DNA from: the human T2T-CHM13v2.0 reference genome, Homo sapiens
Direction: 5' to 3' (one strand)
NCBI RefSeq assembly: GCF_009914755.1
Contig: NC_060947.1
Length of the DNA: 64,000 nt
Made by a program: the position numbers and the translations under genes. This document shows positions 1-16,654 of this stretch, in pieces. The notes below the pieces were generated by a model. It did no database searches. It was given only the letters and a program-made list of their open reading frames with translations, and was not told where the DNA came from. Numbering within the stretch: position 1 is the stretch's first letter; each line of letters starts with the position of its first letter.

Positions 1-947
1 TATTTTGGATATCCGAAATACATTTTTCAAGCTCTTAATTTTTTAGTGTTAGAAATAAATGATATAAATAAAATGGATTTTTGTCAGGGTCCTCTGAAAT
101 ACATAATGGAAAATTTATCTCCATTGGATCAGAATTCACTTTTTGAAACCATGTGGCATAACCCAGGTTTTCTCTTAATTATGTGTCTTCTGAATATGCT
201 TGGAAAGTTTTATATATATCATTTTGCCACTGTCTTGCTGCTCTGAGGTCTTGTTTTTTATAATATTTATTATCAGACTTTAATTTCTCATTTTGTGGAG
301 TAATAGGGGCTTTTCTAAAGAAAAACTCGTGAAAACAAAATACATTTCAATAACAGAATCTCAGTTATGAAATTTTTAAGGCTTGAAACACTATTATCAA
401 TATTAGAAATAAGATTCTCATTCATTCATATTTTCTCACCCATACTTAATTGGTGAAAAGTAAGCTAGTATTTCGACTCTAGTGTGCCATGAAGCTGCAT
501 CTCACCCTGGGCAAATTTCTATCTAATTTTGATAGAAATGAATTGTTAATGAGCCCCGAGAATGGAGAGTTTCTCTAATTACAGGAAACAAAATTAAATT
601 GGGCCTAAAGGCATTTTTTTTTTTGTAATTGCAGTTGGTTTAAAAATTGAAAAAGAATATTCACTCAAACACCTTGGCTTTAAAAATATTGGTTTGCTCC
701 CCACTGTTAAAAAGGCATTGAGACCTGCAGCAAACTTCATTCTAATGAGGGTCCAGATGATTTTTTTTTTTGTAGATGTGTAGAACAACTCTGTGGGAAA
801 AATGATACCTCAAAGATTAATGATGTTCTGTAGTAGGGAAAATAAAACAAATAGTTTTTATTTGAACCTTTTTATTGTATGATAGAAAATTTTGATTTAA
901 ATGGCGAGTGAGATATGCTTACCATCTCTCTTTTTTCCTATTTATAG

Positions 948-1035
948 TAGCTCTCAAGGTCAAAGAGGACACACTAGCATGAAAGCCGTGTACGTTGAAC
1001 CCGCTGCTGCTGCTGCTGCTGCTGCTATCTCAGAC
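948..1035 (+). CDS. PASD1: PASD1 internal coding exon (SSQGQRGHTSMKAVYVEP-A8-ISD)
   Basis: Pyrimidine tract with TAGTAG acceptor (945-950) and GAC|GTATGT donor at 1036. It joins the exon at 12019 in phase 0, and the peptide matches recalled human PASD1. Upstream PAS-domain exons lie outside the window. Confidence 0.9.
1003..1026 (+). repeat. (GCT)8 coding trinucleotide repeat, polyalanine
   Basis: Eight perfect GCT units read directly. Confidence 0.97.
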
Positions 1036-1714
1036 GTATGTACATTGAGGACCATAGACTACAATCTTAGACCCTTATCCGTGTGATGTTGATTATTTAG
1101 TTAATGTGTGTTACCAAGAAGTATGTCATATGGATGTGACACATGAGCAGTGTTCCACAGTTGCCATCTTGTAGACATTTCTTATTAGGAGCCAGTAACT
1201 GCCAGACTTCGAATGGTCCCTGTAGTGCTTGAAAAAGAATTAAGCTAAGCTGTATCCCAGATGTTGTTCAGGGTCTTTTTGCCTTGTGAGTACATTTCAT
1301 AATGGAAGTTTACTTACTGACCTGCCTGGTGTAGAAAGCCATGAAGGCTAGAACCTAGTGCCTAATTAGCCTAGGTTGTCTGCATCCGTTCTCTAAGACA
1401 ATGAATGTATCATCAATTTATTCATTAACCAGATATGACTAGAAAGAATCCTTAAGGGACATACATTAATAGAAATCTACCTGGGTCTACCCTCAGTGAT
1501 CTGATGAAACTCTAGACTGGGACATAAAACCAAACTGCAAGGAGAGAGGTAGAGAAGAACAGAAGAGGTATCCCAGAAGGCATTTCCCACGTTAAAAAGT
1601 GACAGGGTGGTTCCTCACCTTACATGCCACTCTATGGGTATATGTACCATAGCTGATAGGCTGGATCACCACAGTGGTAACAGTGCTACAGAGAGAAAAC
1701 ATGACCGAGACATC

Positions 1715-1875
1715 AGAAGACAAGGGTTTGATTCCTGATTCTGCCACTTACCAGTTACATGGCCTGGGGAAAGTTGTTTTACCTTGGACAGCCTCAGTTT
1801 CCTCATCTGTAAAATGGAAGTAGTAATAATAATCTCTGCCAGGCTACCTCATGGGGATATAATAATGCTCAAAGG
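1715..1875 (+). mobile_element. MIR SINE
   Basis: MIR core 'tctgccacttaccag...gcctcagtttcctcatctgtaaaatgg'. Confidence 0.8.
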
Positions 1876-2949
1876 AATCTTATCGGGATATTTATTTTAC
1901 TCCTATAATAGAATGAAACCTCTGTGAGAGGAGAGATCATTGGCTGTCTTGTTGGTCAGCATATCCCCAGTATTTTGAACAAGGCTTGTTACACACAGTA
2001 GGCAGTCATAAATATTAGATGCACAAATGAGTACTCTATGTTAAAGCACTCTGTTATTTTTATAGAACTCTTCAAATATTTGGTAAAGGGATTTCAAGAG
2101 CAGTATAGACAGGCTGCATGCATAGACTCTAACTTTGGTTTTCAGGCCTCCATGTGTTTTGCCTGAATGAATTTGTACTGGGATCAGTGCAGACAGCAGG
2201 TCTTTTCAGTATTTAAGTTCTTCTGTAATATGGAGATGCCATGAGCACATATTTTAAACATGAAGTGCTGATTTTGTATTGAATTGTCCAAGTATTGCTC
2301 ATTTAACAAAGTATGTCTATGTGAATAAAACTTTCTCCATTCCGAATAAGTACCTCTGCTTAACCTAATATTCTGCTCAAAGAAGTATGAAACAAAGAGG
2401 AAATAAGGTAGAAGAATGCTAATTTAGACAGAGCAGTGTTCTGTTTACACACAAACTAATTACAGGTATGCTGGGAAAAGGGGCCAAGCCAACCATATAG
2501 CTCTAGCCATCAGTGTAACATCTACACAGTTGTCAGGCTTGCTTCATCAGCCCGTCAGTAAATAAATATTTACCCAGGGTTTATACTGTACTGTGTGTGA
2601 AGAATCCAGAGTCCCTAAACTTAGTATATGTTGAAGAAAGCTGGATTAAAATATTCTCATTTTATAAAATATATAATGCCTAAGTAATTATAATATTTAG
2701 AGAAAAGTGGGCTGTTTAAAAAAAAAAAGAAACACATAATCCCACTGCTGTGGCACAGCTGCTATTTAATTTTGCTTATTCCCATTCAGTCTTAGTCCAC
2801 CAACGTATATATTTTTCATGTAGTTACAATGAAAAATATAGCTTACATTCTACTGCATACCCTTGGCTTCCACTTATCACTAAGTTCCATTTTTTTCAAC
2901 AGTCACATTGATCATTTTTTAAAACTGTATAATATTCCATGAAATTGTG

Positions 2950-3540
2950 AGACCTGCTTCCAGCCAAGATGGAGTGAGGGGGCCAGGTTAACTTGCCTAC
3001 CTGAAACGGGCAAAAATAAAACAGACAAAATATATGACACAACAGTTTTCATGATAATGGCCAGCAGGCAGCAAAGGCCATGGATTCTTGAGCAATTGGA
3101 AATCAATGAGAGGAGCTTCACAGTTACCAGAGCTTACTACATAGCAAGTTTCTAGGCCACATTGCAGAGAGGGAGAACACATATGGAGCCCAGTGGACTG
3201 CCCGAGTTGAGATTGAGGTGAGAGTATAGGGAGACTAAGTTTGCTAGCGGAGTCCTAGAGAAGAGAGAGCTGCATGGAGAAAGAATGCCAGAGATCTGTG
3301 AGGGGCCCCCTCTAGTATTCAGCAGCATATTGATTGGCATATTCACTTGAGGAAGCTACTTGAAGTGGGGCTAGGGGAAAACCATTCCAGAGGATTACAG
3401 AGAACAATACTAGTACTCACAAAGGGTTAGTAACAGTTCTTGTTCCTACCAGCCATACTGGAAATCCTCATAACACACAAGACATTAAGTGAGAGTACAT
3501 AGAAATGTCTTGCATCAGGTGTGGAGAAAAATTAACCCTA
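2950..3540 (+). mobile_element. Ancient L1M 5'-end fragment
   Basis: Starts 'cttccagccaagatggagt' and continues like recalled old L1M 5' UTR sequence; highly diverged. Confidence 0.45.
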
Positions 3541-4049
3541 ATGATATGGTTTGGATCTCCTTTTTAATTGACTCTGTCCCAAATACTTCTCTTAATGATG
3601 AGTGTAGGTGACTTATGTTAGTAGCCACCCACATTCTGCCATCCATTCCTAGAGACAGGTTGCTCCTTAGCCATGTTACACTAAACAGGCATGTTTGGCA
3701 GAATTGCAGCTTGTGCATTATCAGATTGCTTTTGCACCCAAATCCATTGTGTCAGGAGGTGGCAGGTGGGGTGGGATCTTCAGAAGCAGCTGTCTTTGAG
3801 CATGAACCAAGAGCTAGGTAGGACAGAAGCAGACAACACAGAAACAGTCGGCTAGAGCTGATTACTTGCAAATGAGAGTCCAGGACAAACCTGATTTAGG
3901 GAATAATCATGAGAGCATCTTGCACTGATTTTATACCTACTATGGTAGGCATTTAGTCATTTATTCATTCAACAGATACTTATTTAAGATTCTAAAAAGT
4001 AGTCAAAGAAGGTCAGCCCTGAAAAAGAATAATAACACTGAAAACTAAA

Positions 4050-4250
4050 CTGTATTAAGAGCTTCCTATTTGTGCATTTTACTGGGTGCTTAAGTCCCAC
4101 AACAGACCTGTGAGGCATTATCATTCCAGTTTTACAGATGGCAAATCTCAGAGTCTTGCTATTGAATAAGTTGCCCAAAGTCACACAGTAAGTGTCAGAG
4201 CCAGGATTCAAACCCAGATCTGTCTGATCTCAGTATCTATGTCTCTTACT
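4050..4250 (-). mobile_element. MIR SINE
   Basis: Antisense MIR core 'ttttacagatgg...ttgcccaaagtcacacag...gagccaggattcaaacccag'. Confidence 0.8.
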
Positions 4251-4584
4251 GCCCAATGAGGCGTCTACTTTTAAAACTATTTTGTCATATTGTCCTATTT
4301 GTTGCATGGTTTCCCTTTTGTTCTTTATATATTTGAACATTTTAAATGTGTTTATTTTTAAAGGCCATTTCTGATTCCTTCATTTACTGATTTATTGAAC
4401 AAGTATTTATTGAACACCTACCAGATACCAGACACTGTTTTAAGTTGGGGGTGGATTCATCAGTTAACAAAACAGTGAAAAATTGTTGCTCTAGAGGAAC
4501 TTACATTCCAACAGTGAGAAACAGACAATAACGAGATGAAAATATTAAATAAAGAAATCATTGATTAGAAGGTGACAAGACTTA

Positions 4585-5002
<418 letters not shown>

Positions 5003-5498
5003 TTAAATATAAGCAATGACTTGAAAAAGGTGAGAAAGCTAGCCATGAAGACATCTATGGTCGGGGGAGACTATTTCAAGAAGAGGAAAAACTTCTGCAG
5101 GGTTTTGGAGGTGGAAGCATGCCCAGTGTTTAGAGGAATAACGAGAAGGTTAGAGCAGCTGGAGCAGAGTGAGCAAAGCTGAGAGTAGGTATTGATGAAG
5201 TCATAAATGTAAGGAGGTCAGGTTGAGTAAGGCTTTGGAAGCCATTGTATAGATTTTGGCTTTAACTCTGAATGAAATGGAGAATGATTAGAGAGTTTTG
5301 AGCAGAAGAATGGCATGACCTGACTTGTTTATTAAAAGAGTCACAGTGTTGAGAATAGACTGTGGGAGGAAGGGCAGGAATGGAAGTTAAGGAGTCCAGT
5401 TAGGAGGCTATCCCAGCAGTCCAAATGAGAGATGATAATGGCTTGAAGCAGGGTGGTAACCGTAGAAGTTATGAGAAGTGGTCAGATTCTGAAAATAT

Positions 5499-5822
<324 letters not shown>

Positions 5823-5984
5823 TTCTGAAAATATTCTGAAGGAAGAGCCCTTACATTTGTTGGCATTTGATGACGGGTGTGAGAAAAAGAGAGGAGTTAG
5901 GGATGACGTGAGCAACTGGGAGGATAATGTTGCATTAACTAAGATGGGAAAAATTATGGGAAGAACTCGCAGCTTAGGGATGTT

Positions 5985-6171
5985 TTCTTCCTTCTTTCCT
6001 TCCTTCCTTCCTTCCTTCCCTCCTCCTCCTTCTTCTTCTTCCCCTTCCTTCCTTCTCTCTCTCTCTTTCTTTCCTTCTTTCTTTCTTTCTTTCTTTCTTT
6101 CCTTCCTTCCTTCCTTCCTTCCTTCCTTCCTTCCTTCCTTCCCTCCCTCCCTCCCTCCCTCCCTCCCTCCC

Positions 6172-6247
<76 letters not shown>

Positions 6248-6293
6248 TTTCTCTCTTTCTCTCTTTCCTTTCTTCTTTCCTCCTTTCTTCTTT
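5985..6293. repeat. Compound (CCTT)n/(CCCT)n/(CTTT)n polypyrimidine microsatellite
   Basis: About 300 nt of C/T only, at the tail of the adjacent antisense Alu. Confidence 0.97.
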
Positions 6294-6576
6294 CAAGACA
6301 GGGTCTCTCACTGTGTTGCCCAGACTGGAATGCAGTGGCATGGTCAGCTCACTGCAACTTCTGCTTCCCAGGCTCAAATGATCCTCCCAACTCAGCCTCC
6401 CAAGTAGCTGGGACTGCAGGCACACACTGCCAGACTCACCTCATTTTAAATTTTTTTCTAGAGACAGGGTCTCACTATATTGCCCAAGCTGGTCTCAAAC
6501 TTCTGGGCTCAAGCAGTCCTCCCACCTCAGCCTCCCAAAGTGTTGGGATTATAGGCATGAGCCATTGTGCCTAGCC
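6290..6576 (-). mobile_element. AluJ-like element
   Basis: Antisense Alu with J-type motifs ('gggctcaagcagtcctcccacctcagcc'), CpG-depleted. Confidence 0.88.
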
Positions 6577-7159
6577 AATGGTGTTTTCTTTGGGGGGAGG
6601 AGTAATATCAAGGACTTAGTTGTGAAAATGTTTATGACTGAGAAGCCCCTTAGACATCCAACTGGAGATGTAATACAGGACTGGAAATTTGAATTTGGGG
6701 ATCATCAGCATGGATGGTCTTAAAGCTGTAAGTCTGGAGGATGGACACTAAGGTAGATAGCAACAAGGACCAAGGACTGAGTTTTGAAGTACACCCAAAG
6801 TTAAGAGATTAGGGGAAAAAAAGGAGGAATTAGCAAAAGAGACTTACAAGTGACTAGTGAGGTAGAAGGTAAGCAAAGTGAAGAAAGTATTTACAGGAAG
6901 AAGGAATGATGAACAATGTCAGCTACTGCTGATAGATTACATAGGTTGACAATTGAGAAGTGACCATTAGAGTTAGGACCTGTAGGTCATTGCTAAACTT
7001 GACAAAAGTTTTGGTGGAGTATGGTGGGGTTCAAGGAGATAATGTCTGATGAGAGTAGGTTTAAGAGAAGATGGTGGAATGGTGGCAGGTAAATAAGAGA
7101 TAAGATATAGAGATGATTTCTAAACTCAGGGTATTTCTTTGTTTTGATTTTTGTTTTTC

Positions 7160-10152
<2,993 letters not shown>

Positions 10153-12018
10153 TTTTTTAAATTCTGCTCTATTTTATGTAGCATTTTCTCCATGTCTGTC
10201 CAATCTGCTGTCTTGATTGGAAGCCCTATGGCCTTTCCCCCACCACTTCCAAAAAAGTAAAATGCAAGGATCTCCTAAAAATTAGAGCACTTCAACAATA
10301 AGCCACCGCAGGGAAAATGCAAAGATTTGGGAACAGACTTCTTGAATGCCCTCTTCCCCCTCTCCCCCTACATATTTGCAGTTTACATAACCATCAGGTA
10401 TTGGAGTTTGCATTTGAAGCCTACTCTATATCCAGCCTCAAAACCCATGCCTCTCTTTTCAAATCCTTTAGCACACTATTCGTGGAGACAATTATGGAAT
10501 AAAGGTGAATCCAAAACTCCACTGAAAACTGTAAAAGCATGTTGATTTTCTTCCTATCTCCATGCATGCATTTTCACCTTAGTCCTAATTGCATTTTAAA
10601 CTGTTATCTTTTTGCTTCCAAAGTAGTTTCTTGGCTTTGTTTTTTCCAGGCCAATTACCATTACTGCACATGATGCTGTCATTTAAGTTAATTTAAGCTC
10701 ACTGCATTTATATTGATAAGCCCGAACATACGAATACCCAAAAGTGGACATCTTAATTAACATTTGAGAATATAAGTTTATGTTGAAAATAATCCAGAAA
10801 GCAAAGAGTTAGTGATTAAATCGATAGATGGCTATGAAGAAGAACAGAAGGAAGAGGAAAGAGACAGGTCATATCTCCTCTTAATGAATACCGATTCACC
10901 ATAATGTCATTGTAAGTAATGAAAAGATTGTCACATCCCCAGCAACATATCACTTATTAGGGAGTATAAAACATAGTCATTTGAACAGTGAGGTTGCACA
11001 GTTTCCTGAAGTTGAAATGCTGGGATGTGATCCAACAAACAGATTCTTTGTAGAAAAATCACCATGGGTCTGTGTCTTAAGCCAATCCAGAACAAAAGCA
11101 AACAAAATATTTTGTCAGGGATGTAAAATATTTCACTGCTAAACCAGGTACTTAAATTTCAATGGACAGTGATCCACAGACTATTCAAAAAGGATTCAGT
11201 TGTTCAGGAAATAGGACAGGATCACTCAATAGAAATATTATGTATGTAGTTTAAGGCAACAAATGGCTTAAAGGTAGCCAGGCTTAGGAAAAAGAGCATT
11301 GGGTTTGGAGTCAATGGATTCTATCTCTCACTCTGCTCCTGTCTGTCTGTATGGCCTTGCCCTCTTTGACACTATCCAGTGAGAACATTGGACTAGAAGC
11401 TCTTAGAGGCCTTTTCACCTCTCTGCTTAAAATAGTTTTGCTAATAATACTTTCAACTTTAATCTGCCTAAAGACATGCAATAGTTGTTAAACAGCCCCT
11501 GGTTGGCCTTTTCTTGCTCTAAGCCTAGGATGCAAGTGCAGGAACTCTGGGAAAATGGCCTTATCAGTGGTGGTGCAGGTCTCCCACTGCTGTCCCATTT
11601 CTCTGTGAACCAGTTTGTTTGGGTCTAATAATGAGGAATGGGAGATGAGGTGACTACCATCCTTGGCAACTATCATGACAGCATCCTACTGACACCACTG
11701 AAAGGCAGAATTGTTTTTGCCATGCCTTTTGATCTATAAACATTTTTTGATGCCTTTATTTTTAGTGTTATGTATACTGTGTTTCTCTTCTTCAGTTTGT
11801 CAGTGTATACCTTGTGGCATCTATAATCTCCGCTTGTTATCTTCCAGCAATATTTTTAAGGAGGTATTTGATGATGATTTTTGTTAGGTTTTCAGTTGAT
11901 TGCAGCAGTGTTAGAAATTGTGATGTGAAATGCATCAAAGTTTGTATTCTGCCTGTGTTTCCTATTCTTTCTAACTCCAAAATGCAATGTCCTATCTTTC
12001 TCTTTTGGAAATGTACAG

Positions 12019-12142
12019 GACCAAATTGATATTGCAGAGGTTGAGCAGTATGGACCACAAGAAAACGTTCACATGTTTGTAGATTCTGATTCAACTTATT
12101 GCTCCAGTACAGTTTTCCTGGATACTATGCCTGAATCTCCAG
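12019..12142 (+). CDS. PASD1: PASD1 coding exon (DQIDIAEVEQYGPQ...DTMPESP)
   Basis: TACAG|GAC acceptor, CAG|GTAGGT donor, 124 nt, phase 0 to 1, open frame. Not present in the ORF track. Confidence 0.92.
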
Positions 12143-13176
12143 GTAGGTACATTTATGCATTTGGATAGGGACTATTAGAAGAAAAACAGTGACCCCCAGG
12201 GTAGTTACAGTTTTTCAAATGAATATAATGCTCTATAATACTGTGAAATCCCAGAGTGAATTCCAACTTTCTTCATCTTCTGTAAATATTTGAGATGATG
12301 ATTTGAGAATAATAAAAATGAGTATTTCATCACAGATTCAAGTCTTTTCTCCTATTTAATTTTAATCTTCTAAAAATTGGCGCTGGATCTCAATCCTTGA
12401 AGGAATAGCGTTTTATCTTTTTATACTCGTGTAGTCTATTCTGCTATCACACAGTATTTGGATTCCAAAGAAACCTCTTGTTATTGAGTTTTCATGCCAA
12501 TAAAGGGGGAAAGTGAGAGTCTCTCAAAAACAGTGATATTTCTTTAATGAGTTTCAATATTAAAGATATTTCGTAACCGTAATTGTTTGAAAAGTACAAA
12601 ACTTAAGGAAATGGTGGATGCATAATACAAATTATATCTCCTAATTAATCTTATCATAAATAATTGGTATGTGGAATCTCCTTATATAGAAGTAATAAGC
12701 TCTATTTTAATTTTTATTTCACTCTTTTTCAGTTTTTAAATCCAGTTTTAGTATCTCCAACTTTTAAAATTCTTAGTTAACAACTTTTCCATTGTTGCTG
12801 TCAATCTCAAAGCTGTGTTTAAAAAATTCCTTCCAAAACAATTGATTTTTGGCAGGAGAGGTCAAACTCCATGAACTCATAATTGTGATTTCTAAAATTT
12901 ATAAGAGCATTGATTGCTTTAAACCTATTTATCTGGACCTACCATTGTAACTTTGCTATAGAGAATTATTTGTATTCACTACTGTTAAGCCAATGATGGA
13001 GAAATCCTTATAACCTTCCACAGATGACTGTTCCAACAAAATGAGCATATTGAAATGGCTAGCAGCTTATGGCTGATATGGTAGAAGTCAAGTAACTCCT
13101 GGGTTTCTCACTATCACTTACAGATAATTTAGTAGCTTTGTTTACTTGGAATCAGAAAATTAAAAAATGGTAAACT

Positions 13177-13479
13177 GGACCGGGCACGGTGGCTCATGCC
13201 TGTAATCCCAGCACTTTGAGAGGCCGAGGTGGGCGGATCATGAGGTCAGGAGATCGAGACCATCCTGGCTAACACGGTGAAACCCCGTCTCTACTAAAAA
13301 TACAAAAAATTAGCCGGGCGTGGTGGCAGGCACGCCTGTAGTCCCAGCTATTCAGGAGGCTGGGGCAGGAGAATGGCATGAACTCGGGAGGCGGGGCTTG
13401 CAGTGAGCCGAGCTCTTGCCACTGCACTCCAGCCTGGGCGACAGAGCAAGACTCCGTCTCAAAAAAAAAAAAAGAAAAA
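13177..13479 (+). mobile_element. AluY
   Basis: Y diagnostics 'gagatcgagaccatcctggctaacacggtgaaacccc' and 'gagaatggc'; many CpGs retained; poly(A) tail. Confidence 0.92.
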
Positions 13480-13734
13480 TATGCTAAAATGATTTGGAAA
13501 ATGGCTTTTAGTGGAAAAAAGAGTTAAGCAGAAGAATTTAGCCAACAGTCTAAACACTGGAAGTATCCAGAAACCAGAATTTTTCAAAATATTTTCAATG
13601 GTCATCCCAAACTCATGCTATGATTAAAGGACAATTCGCTCATGACCATAGCATGGTAAGGTATGCAACCCCAGGCTGCAAAAAGCAGATAGGAAGTGAC
13701 GGAGTGGTTCATTCTGCCTAATCCAGATGTTTCT

Positions 13735-15960
13735 CTTTTCCAAACTTTTAATCTTGAAATAATTTTGGACTTGAAGAGTTGCAAAAATAGCACAAAGAAA
13801 AAAATAGAAAAATAAGGGAAAGATACCATTTAGGATAACCTTCATTTAGCTTCCCCTAATGAAACATTTTACATAACCACAGTACAGCTGGCAAAACTAA
13901 GAAGTTAACATTGATGCAATACTTTTAAGTGAGCTTCAGCCTTTATTCAGTTTTCCCAGAAAGTTGTTTTTCTGTTCCAATAACTAATCCAGGATCCCTC
14001 ATTGAATTTAAATAATATGTGTTTTTAGTTTCTTCCAGTCTTTGACAGTGTCTCATTCTTGCTTTTTTTTTTTTTATCATCCGATACTTTTGAAGGATAT
14101 GGGCCAGGTATTTGACAGAATGTCCCTCAATTTGGGTTCGTCTGATGATTTTTCAAGATGAGATTGAGGTCTTGCATTTTGGGGAAGAATACCACAGATG
14201 TGATGTGCCCTCCTTAGGGCATCATATCAGAATATACATGATGGTATGTTTTATTGCTGGTGGTGTTAACTTGATTGCTTGGTTAAGGTGGTACTGTTTT
14301 CCCCTTTGTACTTATCAAATATTTGAGGGGAGCTACATTGAGAACATGCACATAATGTTTTCTGTTTCTCCTTAAACTCTCCTTCACATTTAGCATCATC
14401 AGTGGAATTGGCCTACAGCAATTAATTCTAATGCCAATTTTTTATTTCCCTCGTTTTTTGTATATTTATTAACTGCAATCTTGCTGTAAGAAAGAGTTGT
14501 TCCTTGTCTCTCTTTCATTCATTTATTCGTACATTCATTTACATCAGGATGAATCCATGGGCATTTTTTTATTATTTGGTTTGCAATCCAATACCGTCAT
14601 TAAAAAAAAATTGTTCCAGCTTTGGCTCATGGGGCTCTTTTAGGTTGGCTCCCTTGTCCTTTTATCATGTCTGCATCTTTTTTTTTCCCTTCACTTCCTT
14701 ATTTCCATTATTACATGTTGTCATTTAAATCAACCCCTTCTTTAAGGAACCTTATTTAGGTCCTTTATTTGGAGAGTGGTATTTAGAAACGAAGATCTGG
14801 GTGCTAGTTGTACTCATTGTTACAGGTGTGTCACTACTTCTAAACCCTCTCAGTGGACTAGGAAAGATGTCTATTCATACTAACCCATGCAACCATATAC
14901 AACCATCTGTATTTATTTCAGCATGTAACAACCAACAACAACAACAACAACAGGAGTTCATTGATAGTTCCTACTCCAGCCCAGTATCATAGGGTTCATT
15001 CTAGCCTTTTCTGTCTGCTTATTTGTAATTTGTATCTCTGACAGTGAGAAATCTGGCTTTCATTATCTATGGTATATTTATTGATTTTTCCAATACATAA
15101 ACATTCATAAAAAGTAGTTTCACAATTGCTAACCTGTACCCCTTAAGGAACAAATTTACCATTTGGAATTAATTTGTGTGTGCATTTTTTTTGTCTTTAG
15201 CTTTGCAGTATCCAGGCAAACCTCTGTTTTCTGAAGTTCCTGCGTTAGCTTCTTTATTTCTCACCCCCATCACTGTGGATATGTCATTTATCTGTAATAG
15301 AATTAGATTCATTTGTTACAGTCTGTATTTTCGCCTAGGTTTTCCTGCCTCCTGATCAATTTCTTTTCAATTTTATATACAGTAAAATTCACTCTTTGAT
15401 ATATACAGTTCTATGGATTTTGACAAATGTTGAGAGTCATGTATCCATCACCACAGTACCAAACAGAATAGTTCCATCACCCCCAAAATTCCTTTGTGCT
15501 CCCTCTTTGTACTCAACCTTTGTCTCCCATCCCCTGACAACCACTGATCTGTATTTCACCTCTGAAGGTTTCCCTTTTCCAGAATGTCATGTAAGAGGAA
15601 TCATATGACATCTAGCCTTTTTGGTCTAGCCCCTTTCACTTAGCAAAATGCATTTAGGATTCATCCACGTTTGCATGAATCAACGGTTCATTCCCTTTTA
15701 TTGCTGAGTAATACTGCATCTTATGAATATATCAGGTTTTAAAACTTCATTCACCTGTAAAAGGACATCTGGATTGTTTCCAAGTGTTTTTTGATCATGA
15801 ATAAAGCTACATTAAACATTTGCGTAGAAGTTTTTGTGTTGTATGAATATAAGTTTTCAACTCCTGGTTGCGGGACTGCTGGGTCATTTGGGAAGTATGT
15901 GTTTAACTTTATTAGAAACTGACAAAATGTTTTCAAAAATGACTGTACCATTTTGCATTA
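13735..15960 (-). mobile_element. Old L1M (L1MC/MD-type) 3' fragments
   Basis: Antisense L1M 3' UTR motifs; degenerate ORF2 C-terminal peptide in ORF 15751..15951 (PNDPAVP...TQMFNVALF). Confidence 0.65.
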
Positions 15961-16424
15961 TTCAAATAATGTTCTCCACTGTGCTTTTCAGGGCTGTTGA
16001 AACCAAGTCATGTCATAACACCTCCCAGAGAACTTTGAGCACTCCCGAGGTCCCACATTCTGGGCAACCCGATTGTGCAGAAGTGATTTATGACTAGATT
16101 TTATTTGGTTTTATCGGTTGGATGGTACTAAATCTCCAAAAGCAGAGCCAAAATAATTTTATAATGAATGAAATGACACTAACAAATGCAGTGGGTTTAG
16201 GCACTAGCTTAAGCTGGAGGGTAGGCAGTGGTAACTTCAAACACTCTCTCCCTTTTCTTCATTTTCAAATATGAACAGATTTTTAAAATAATATTCTGAA
16301 TGATTCCTGGCACCTGGCACATCTCATCCTTAACATGGGCTAAAATGACCCTCGTACAGTCTTTTTGATAACATTAGTACTTTTGCTTTTTAAGTCATGA
16401 ACTCCCCTGTGCTTTCTTCCTCAG

Positions 16425-16654
16425 CCTTATCCTTGCAAGACTTTCGAGGTGAGCCTGAGGTGAATCCATTGTACAGGGCAGACCCAGTGGACCTGGAGTT
16501 CTCGGTGGATCAGGTGGACTCAGTGGACCAGGAGGGCCCAATGGACCAGCAGGACCCAGAGAACCCAGTTGCCCCGTTGGACCAGGCAGGCCTGATGGAT
16601 CCAGTGGATCCAGAGGACTCAGTGGACCTGGGGGCTGCTGGCGCAAGTGCTCAG
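16425..16654 (+). CDS. PASD1: PASD1 coding exon, acidic D-x-x repeat region
   Basis: TTCTTCCTCAG|CC acceptor, CAG|GTACTC donor, 230 nt, phase 1 to 0; lies within ORF 16397..16663. Confidence 0.92.
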
